Virus record (IMG/VR): IMGVR_UViG_3300037465_000037
Location: 12,840 to 76,839 of that record
DNA length: 64,000 nt
Reading direction: 5' to 3' (one strand)
DNA from: a virus
This document shows, piece after piece, positions 57,934 to 64,000 of the stretch (the stretch's first letter is position 1; every line of letters starts with the position of its first letter). A program made the position numbers and the translations under genes. The notes under the pieces are model-generated. The model was given only the letters and a program-made list of their open reading frames with translations, made no database searches and was not told the DNA's origin.

Positions 57934-58548
57934 ATGACAGCAGTATACCGCCCAAGATTAATCGGCCTGCTTGGCTATGCTGGCACAGGCAAAGATTCTG
58001 TTGCTATTGCATTACGGCGTTTTGGGTATCAGCGTGTTTCTCTTGCTGATCCTCTGCGAGAAATCGCTAAGAAGGTCGGTTGGGATGGCAATAAAGATGA
58101 GGCTGGGCGTAAGTTATTGCAAAATCTTGGGGTTGCTTGCCGTGAGCATTTGAATAGTCCGTTCATTATTCAAGCGCGGTTTGAGATTGCTGGATGGCTA
58201 GTTCGCGGGCATCGCGTTGTCGTCACTGACGTACGCTTTCATGATGAAGCTGATTTGATTCGCGAACATGGTGGTGTGCTATGGAAAGTGAGGCGGCCTG
58301 GTATTCAGCCAGCCCTTGGGCATATCAGCGATACCACTTGCGATCGTATCGTGATGTTTAGTGACATTGATTCAGAAATTGATAACGATGGAGATTTATA
58401 TGCCCTTGAGGAGAAAATTGATAAAATCATGCTGGCTATTCCAAGATGTAGGAATTGCAAGGATGACATTGGTTTAGTCAAGACCTGCAGTCGTTGCAAT
58501 GGAAATGGTTGTGAGCCTCATTATTATAGGGTTAAATGCAGTGAGTGA
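57934..58548 (+). CDS. Deoxynucleoside monophosphate kinase
   Basis: LIGLLGYAGTGKDSVA P-loop, LADPLR, RKLLQNLG and VVTDVRFHDE; C-terminal CxxC pairs; start at ATG 57934. Confidence 0.88.
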   Translation: MTAVYRPRLIGLLGYAGTGKDSVAIALRRFGYQRVSLADPLREIAKKVGWDGNKDEAGRKLLQNLGVACREHLNSPFIIQARFEIAGWLVRGHRVVVTDVRFHDEADLIREHGGVLWKVRRPGIQPALGHISDTTCDRIVMFSDIDSEIDNDGDLYALEEKIDKIMLAIPRCRNCKDDIGLVKTCSRCNGNGCEPHYYRVKCSE

Positions 58549-58772
58549 TGAGTAATTCAATTCGTAAGCTCAAGCGTGGGATGCATGGTACAAATGGCAA
58601 GCAACGTAAGTATCGGCATGTTGAGATTTACAAAGACAAGGCTGGACGTGAATTACTAAGGCGAGCAGTAACTTGGAAGGAATACGAAGAACGAAAGCGC
58701 GGGTCAGTCAGGTCGAACGAGACTAATAATGACCATCCCAGTGAAGATGGTGCATCGCAAGCGCAATCGTAA
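58545..58772 (+). CDS. Small basic hypothetical protein
   Basis: Overlaps the flanking genes. Confidence 0.45.
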   Translation: MMSNSIRKLKRGMHGTNGKQRKYRHVEIYKDKAGRELLRRAVTWKEYEERKRGSVRSNETNNDHPSEDGASQAQS

Positions 58773-59841
58773 GTCCTATCCAGTTGTCTATACTGGTTCG
58801 CTTATTGCTAGAAAGCAGAAAGAGCGTCGGGCCGCAGTTGCCGCTAAGGCGCAAGCCAAGCAACTCGCTAGTCAACAAGCGGAAGCCGCTGCCATGAGAG
58901 TGATTAGCGTTGCGCTTCCGTTAGGCATTGGTGACGTGCATTGGTGCGCTCAAAAGTTTGTTGGTTTGCGAGCATTCTACCCAGGCAAGCCGTTGCATTG
59001 CTATGTGAATGAAAGTCCAAATCATAAGACGGTTGAGTATTTGAAGTTGCTCTCTGTGGTTGATGAAGCATACCAATCTAACCGTGCGCCTTACGATATT
59101 ATACGTGAGCTTCCAGGGACGTATAAAGATCCGAAGTATGCCACGCTGCGGGGCAGCCGGAATTGGCGTGACTTTTCATTTGTCTTTGTAGCGAATGCTC
59201 ATGTCGAGGCTGGTAAGCATATCAAGGATTGGATGCCCGAGCTAGCGACTGAGTATACGCTGGCTTACAAATTCCCGACTGATGTTCATCAACGTTGTTC
59301 TGGATTGATGCCTCATGGTAGGACGGTATTGTTATACCCAAGCGGCATTGGCCCTAACTATGGCTTCCACCGTGACTGGTGGAGTCCGCTATTGTGGGCG
59401 TTGGTTGTGCTTGAGTTTAACAAATACAACATCATTCCTACATTTGTCGGTGCGAATACTGCTGATGATGTGAATTATATGAAGTCAGTAGAAGGGTATT
59501 TGAAAACATACGAATGTGCTCAATATTTCAATGCAGTCGGCAAGACGGATATGGCATCGTACATATACATGATTATGAAAGCACGAGGATGGATGGGGTT
59601 GAATTCTGGTGGTGGGATTGTAGCTATTTCAGTTAATTGCCCAACAGTCATGTTCTGGGCAGACAATCGCTTCCCAATTAAAGATGAAATGGGATTGACT
59701 GCGCAAAATTTCAATCCAATGATGCAATACAGTTGGCAGTCAGCAGAGCAATTGAAGGTATATCGCACGCTGAGTTATGGCTCGCCTAGTTTGACACCAC
59801 AGGAAGCGGTCAAGCAAATGCTGGAGGTAATCCGGCCATGA
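58729..59841 (+). CDS. Glycosyltransferase family 9-like (GT-B)
   Basis: GIGDV motif and WMGLNSGGGIVAISVNCPTVMFW, matching the G.DSG..H.A....PTV region of heptosyltransferase-like enzymes. Confidence 0.65.
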   Translation: MTIPVKMVHRKRNRKSYPVVYTGSLIARKQKERRAAVAAKAQAKQLASQQAEAAAMRVISVALPLGIGDVHWCAQKFVGLRAFYPGKPLHCYVNESPNHKTVEYLKLLSVVDEAYQSNRAPYDIIRELPGTYKDPKYATLRGSRNWRDFSFVFVANAHVEAGKHIKDWMPELATEYTLAYKFPTDVHQRCSGLMPHGRTVLLYPSGIGPNYGFHRDWWSPLLWALVVLEFNKYNIIPTFVGANTADDVNYMKSVEGYLKTYECAQYFNAVGKTDMASYIYMIMKARGWMGLNSGGGIVAISVNCPTVMFWADNRFPIKDEMGLTAQNFNPMMQYSWQSAEQLKVYRTLSYGSPSLTPQEAVKQMLEVIRP

Positions 59842-60512
59842 AGATCGAGCGCGCAGAGGGGCTACTGCGAAGTGGGGATTTGGTGTGGTTCTATGATCGT
59901 GGGATTGGGTATGTTGATCCGCAGGGCGCTGGCAGTACGCCGTACAATGAAGATTACCAGCAAGAGTATGAGAATAGGGCGGCGAGTGAGATTGGGTATA
60001 AGTTAATTGAGGCTCGACGGAAGTTAGTGGAACGTCATTGGAGTGGAGAAGCCAATAGCACTACACCAGAATTCCAGTTGCTTGATTTTGGTGCTGGTTA
60101 CGGTGCTTTTGTTCAGCATATGCGTTCCTTGGGATTCAATAATGTGTATGGATACGACGTTAATCCATTCTCGTGCTATCGTCTAATTGAGAATGGATGG
60201 TTTGCTGATCCATATAAGAGAAAGTGGCGGCACATTTCATTCTGGGATTCATTGGAGCATTTGCCTGATCCTGAAATGATTCTCAGGCAGGCTTCACATA
60301 TGGTATTCATGTCGTTGCCAATTTTTGAGGCACCTGATAAATGTAGGGTGTCCAAGCACTTTAAGCCAATGGAGCATGTATATTATTATTCAGAGCGTGG
60401 GTTAATTAGGATGATGCGTGAGTTCGGGTTTGATCTTGCTGAGGTTAATGATGAAGAAGTTCAAATCGGACGGGAAGAAGTGCTGAGTTTTGCGTTCAGG
60501 AGGATTCTGTAA
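59838..60512 (+). CDS. Class I SAM-dependent methyltransferase
   Basis: LLDFGAGYG, GYDVNP and FWDSLEHL motifs. Confidence 0.85.
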   Translation: MKIERAEGLLRSGDLVWFYDRGIGYVDPQGAGSTPYNEDYQQEYENRAASEIGYKLIEARRKLVERHWSGEANSTTPEFQLLDFGAGYGAFVQHMRSLGFNNVYGYDVNPFSCYRLIENGWFADPYKRKWRHISFWDSLEHLPDPEMILRQASHMVFMSLPIFEAPDKCRVSKHFKPMEHVYYYSERGLIRMMREFGFDLAEVNDEEVQIGREEVLSFAFRRIL

Positions 60513-61171
60513 TGAGCGATACCCAGAAAAAGCTTGACTATTCAAACTGGCTCACTGCTGAGAGGCTTGCTGCCCAAGAGAAAGCCTCGCTCGACTCGCG
60601 GCTACATGAATGGCCTGCGCTTGTGCTTGTCCGTGATTTGTACGAGTGCGGACGTGCTGGTATGCAGACAGTCTATGAATTTGGATGTGGCACTGGGATT
60701 CTAGCGTCACTATTACCCAGGAATCTCAGGTATATCGGCATCGACAATCATGCTGAGTCTATTAGCATTGCTCGCGCACGTTGCCAACGCAATGATTTCA
60801 GGTTCGACCAATTCGACATTCACGATGGCGTGCCTGATTATATGATGCGACGTGCAAACTGGGTTATCGCTTGGGCGTTTTTCAAGCACTTCTCGCTCAA
60901 CGGATGGGTAAACCTAGTTAGCAATCTCATTCGTACGGGAGATCGGGCCGTATTCAATTGCTGCGTGAGTGAGCATGCGCATGATGACGGGATTGAGTTT
61001 CATCATGTGCATGTGACACGCGAGATGGTTAATGAGGCTGTGAGCAAGGCTGGACATACTGTTGTGCTAGAGCGGACACGAGGCGAGCCATTCAAGACCA
61101 GCCAAGGATATACCTCGGTCCAGCCATTATTCCTGACGAGGAGGAATGCTCGTCAGGATCGCATGGATTGA
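60512..61171 (+). CDS. Class I SAM-dependent methyltransferase
   Basis: VYEFGCGTG, YIGID and AFFKHF motifs. Confidence 0.8.
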   Translation: MSDTQKKLDYSNWLTAERLAAQEKASLDSRLHEWPALVLVRDLYECGRAGMQTVYEFGCGTGILASLLPRNLRYIGIDNHAESISIARARCQRNDFRFDQFDIHDGVPDYMMRRANWVIAWAFFKHFSLNGWVNLVSNLIRTGDRAVFNCCVSEHAHDDGIEFHHVHVTREMVNEAVSKAGHTVVLERTRGEPFKTSQGYTSVQPLFLTRRNARQDRMD

Positions 61172-61283
61172 GATGTATTGAGATTTACGTAGTTGAAAGA
61201 ACAAGCGAGACAAGCTGGAGTTACAACGCGCACAGAGGAACCTGACCAAACCCTCGTGCCGTCAAGGTGAGAGATTTGACTTG

Positions 61284-61451
61284 GTTGTTGCCTGTCTCGC
61301 TAGTTGAGAAATGCTAGACAGCGTAAATTATAGAATGGATTAGCTTTGCTCGTTTAATGCACTGATCATCATACCAGCGGTTCATAGTCGCGCCATCGAC
61401 CTAAAGCGGAGGTTAGAGTTGCTGCCTCTCTCGCTAGGTTGGGAAATGCTA
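61284..61451. repeat. Imperfect 33-34-bp direct repeat pair
   Basis: GTTGTTGCCTGTCTCGCTAG-TTGAGAAATGCTA (61284-61316) and GTTGCTGCCTCTCTCGCTAGGTTGGGAAATGCTA (61418-61451). Confidence 0.8.
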
Positions 61452-61452
61452 A

Positions 61453-61839
61453 CTATATTTCCGTAAGTCGTTTCAGGGCTTGAACGCTCTTCTGAGCGAT
61501 ACCCATTGTGTACCTCTCTCTGAAACTCAGATAAGTTATATACGCCCTCTGATTCTGCCTTAACTGATTTACGTTGACCATCCAATCAATGCTTCTCGTT
61601 TCTCTCTGGAAATGGTCAGCGACGGCTTCTCTTGCTTCATCAATACTAGCAAACGTCCCTCCGAAGTTCAATCCACTAATATGCGAGACTGTATACAACC
61701 ATGGCGTTTGTGGGATTACATGAACGACAATCCCATGCACGTCTGTTTTATATGTATCAACTGTGCAGATGGCTTGTCCAGACTTATTGCGAATTGTAAG
61801 TTCACCCATTGAAGCGATACTTCTTCCCTTCGGCTTCAA
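61453..61839 (-). CDS. Hypothetical protein
   Basis: 128-aa ORF in the leftward block; start uncertain. Confidence 0.5.
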   Translation of the reverse strand: MKPKGRSIASMGELTIRNKSGQAICTVDTYKTDVHGIVVHVIPQTPWLYTVSHISGLNFGGTFASIDEAREAVADHFQRETRSIDWMVNVNQLRQNQRAYITYLSFRERYTMGIAQKSVQALKRLTEI

Positions 61840-62224
61840 CGTTCTTATTGCTGCGAATGTACTTCAATGCGGTGCGCCAGTGGTCGTCGGCGAAAATAAT
61901 ATGCTTCGGGATGCAATCTATGATTTGCTTCTTCGACATCCACTGACCGGCGTGCTGTCTCAAGATCTCGACAACAATATGCGTGGTCGAGTAGTCATTG
62001 ACGAGTGCCATGCCGCCTCCCAAGATACTGCGGAACTTAGCCGCAGTTAGGCGCTTGGCTAATTTTAGCGTGGTGCTGAAGGTATCAGTATCGAAGATCG
62101 TTGTTGCTTTATCGAGAAAGCAACGCCTTGCAAACCTGAACTTATATGGCAGCGATACCCGGATCTCCTTACGGATAGCCGCAATTGTGCAGCTTTCGTC
62201 CGACGATTCGTCCTCGCTCATCAT
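61802..62224 (-). CDS. Hypothetical protein, possible C-terminal winged helix
   Basis: IVVEILRQHAGQWMSKKQII...WRTALKYI...KYR pattern. Confidence 0.45.
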   Translation of the reverse strand: MMSEDESSDESCTIAAIRKEIRVSLPYKFRFARRCFLDKATTIFDTDTFSTTLKLAKRLTAAKFRSILGGGMALVNDYSTTHIVVEILRQHAGQWMSKKQIIDCIPKHIIFADDHWRTALKYIRSNKNVEAEGKKYRFNG

Positions 62225-62615
62225 CCCGAATACCTATAAGAATACTACCACCATCAGTCAAAATGTCGCAGGCTTCGGGGACGGCATGCGAGGCTGGTTT
62301 ATATCTATGCTGGTCTGATTCCACAAAAACGAGCCTGCCACCATTAGCCATCATCATGAAGGTTTGCGTATTGCACTTGCGGCAGCGATACCCATATTTA
62401 GGCGAGTGAGCGGAAAGAGGAGAGCAAGACACATGTTTTGGGCTCTTCTCGCCCAACGAATCAATTTCTTCCCTACTGGGGGAAGGCTTAGGTTGATCGC
62501 TCAACCTATTATTACTACTATGCTGCTGCTCCTCGGCTTTCTTTAATGGTAGCACGGAAGAGCACTTCCTTTCGCCACAGGATTTGAGCGAGCCTGCGAT
62601 CAAGCGGATGGTCAA
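62169..62615 (-). CDS. Hypothetical protein
   Basis: CRKC and HNC motifs; start uncertain. Confidence 0.4.
   Translation of the reverse strand: MTIRLIAGSLKSCGERKCSSVLPLKKAEEQQHSSNNRLSDQPKPSPSREEIDSLGEKSPKHVSCSPLSAHSPKYGYRCRKCNTQTFMMMANGGRLVFVESDQHRYKPASHAVPEACDILTDGGSILIGIRDDERGRIVGRKLHNCGYP
62466..62485 (+). repeat. Dispersed motif, exact-core copy
   Basis: TTCTTC CCTAC T GGGGG AAG; shares 17 nt with the copy at 31746. Confidence 0.8.
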
Positions 62616-63810
62616 TCACCAGCGTTGTGTACAGGCAAGCATTGCGCTGTCCATTACGATAGATGCGACCCTCGGCTTGAATGTTGGCTGCGGGAGTCCA
62701 GTCAAGATCGATGAACAAGAGTTGGTTGGAGGAGTGAAGGTTGATGCCTTCACGTCCGGCACCGATGGTGAGAGCGATACCCCTGTACTGCTTAGCTTGG
62801 AAAGCCATCGTGCGCTTGTGACGCTCGGTGTCGCTAACGTCGCCGGTGATGTACGTCCAGCCTTCGCGCTTGCCAAGAATTTCAACCGGCTCCTTGTAAG
62901 CGCAAAATACCACAAGCTGCTCGCCCTGCGCTTCAAGATCTTCAATAATCTGCTCAGCAGCAGGGAGCTTCGCCATTGCCATCTGTGCTCGCACTCGCGC
63001 AATCTCTGGCATAGGCGGAAGATTCGTGACTTCTTTGTCTGGTGGTTGCAGTGCGAGGTATTGCTCAAGCCTGTCGGATGCATCATCCATCAAGAGCTCG
63101 AGCTTATTGTAATTGAGGATAGAATCTGGGTCAACTTGAATGGTTCGCCAGCGGCGTTCTGGCATGTCAGACAAGACAGTTTCAGTCTCACGTCTAAGCA
63201 TTACAGAATTGAGAGTAGTAAGAGCAGCAGTGGAAGGGAAGCCCCACTTAGCATGCGGCTTGCGATCCACATTGAAGTCAAGCTGCATCATATACTCACG
63301 AGGCCAGGTTTGGTCTTCTAGGCCAAGCGAGTAGAGCACAGCCCAAAGCTCGCCTGGATGATTGACCATCGGCGTGCCAGTCACGCCGTATACAAAAGAG
63401 TCAGGATGCAAACGCTCTACGATTTTCCGAATGCGCTTAGCCTTTTGGGTATCACGGTTGCGCAAGCAATGGCACTCGTCAACGATGAGCGTTGTAGGCG
63501 TTGCTGGGTCGATGACGGCAGGGTTGACTAGTTCGTAGTTTGAAACTACGGCTTCCCCCGGTAGGGGAAAACTAAACTCGGACTTGGACTTAATGATGGT
63601 GGTGTTGAGTGGAGAGTCCCAGAGTTGAAGTTCATGCATCCAGTTGTACTTGATAGACGCAGGACAGATGATGAGTGCAGATGGAGTATTGATGGCGTTG
63701 ATGAGTTGGGCTGATTTACCAACGCCACACGAGTCGGCCAGCAAAGCGCGCTTACGAGCGCACAGCCAGGTGACTCCAGTGCGCTGATAAGGGTAGAGTT
63801 GTAGGCTCAT
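62518..63810 (-). CDS. SNF2-family (SF2) helicase/ATPase
   Basis: LADSCGVGKS, LIVDECH, GVTGTP, GREGINL and QAEGRIYRNGQ motifs. Confidence 0.9.
   Translation of the reverse strand: MSLQLYPYQRTGVTWLCARKRALLADSCGVGKSAQLINAINTPSALIICPASIKYNWMHELQLWDSPLNTTIIKSKSEFSFPLPGEAVVSNYELVNPAVIDPATPTTLIVDECHCLRNRDTQKAKRIRKIVERLHPDSFVYGVTGTPMVNHPGELWAVLYSLGLEDQTWPREYMMQLDFNVDRKPHAKWGFPSTAALTTLNSVMLRRETETVLSDMPERRWRTIQVDPDSILNYNKLELLMDDASDRLEQYLALQPPDKEVTNLPPMPEIARVRAQMAMAKLPAAEQIIEDLEAQGEQLVVFCAYKEPVEILGKREGWTYITGDVSDTERHKRTMAFQAKQYRGIALTIGAGREGINLHSSNQLLFIDLDWTPAANIQAEGRIYRNGQRNACLYTTLVIDHPLDRRLAQILWRKEVLFRATIKESRGAAA
63552..63571 (-). repeat. Dispersed motif, exact-core copy
   Basis: Minus strand TTTTCC CCTAC C GGGGG AAG, inside the SNF2 gene. 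Confidence 0.8.
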
Positions 63811-64000
63811 CTAGTTGGTCCGATAGCCGTACGGTCACGTGTATGATACACGCAACTAGCCAGGTTTTCTGGCAAGTCATCTGGGTTGATGCGCATGAAG
63901 AAGATTTCTCGCATTTTAGTTACTCCTTTTTCTCTTGCTTATACTCAAACCAGTCTGACACAGAGAACCAGGCGAACATCAGAGCAATGAGCGCATTGAC

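Noticed and set aside
57934-58548. dNMP kinase as proof of DNA hypermodification
   Set aside because: These kinases also occur in phages with unmodified DNA; this supports but does not establish the idea.
61284-61451. Mini-CRISPR array
   Set aside because: Only two imperfect repeats, a ~100-bp spacer (too long) and no cas genes.
1-64000. Integrated prophage or mobile element boundaries
   Set aside because: No integrase, transposase, host housekeeping genes or att pair seen; all content is phage-like.
1-64000. Stop-codon reassignment (many genes end in TAG)
   Set aside because: Conserved genes are full length under the standard code, and their TAG stops abut the next starts.

Overview
The window is most or all of a tailed dsDNA phage genome. 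It has Mu-like head genes and a long, non-contractile tail (no sheath gene seen). Layout: (1) 1-6.3 kb, an accessory and receptor-binding block (sulfotransferase-like, PLA2-like, two fibre-like paralogues). (2) 6.3-9.4 kb, small leftward genes and a divergent HTH regulator. (3) 9.8-16.2 kb, nucleic-acid and regulatory genes (DHH phosphoesterase, RNase H, sigma-70, macrodomain-like plus ART-like pair, nucleoid-like protein). (4) 16.3-43.9 kb, packaging, head and tail genes, including a portal fused to an intact Nudix domain and a -1 frameshift tail chaperone. (5) 44.2-55.1 kb, recombination and replication (Gam-like, AAA ATPase, SSB-like, RecD2, ERCC4, DNA MTase, DnaG-type primase fused to an MCM-type helicase). 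(6) 56.6-61.2 kb, a glycosyltransferase, dNMP kinase and methyltransferase cluster. (7) A leftward SNF2 helicase block. The strongest unexplained signal is a ~20-bp quasi-palindrome (YTYTYY-CCTAC-N-GGGGG-RRG) dispersed about ten times on both strands, mostly inside genes. No integrase, reverse transcriptase, CRISPR array, complete tRNA, rRNA or recognisable endolysin/holin was found. All product calls come from motif recognition by eye; no database searches were run.
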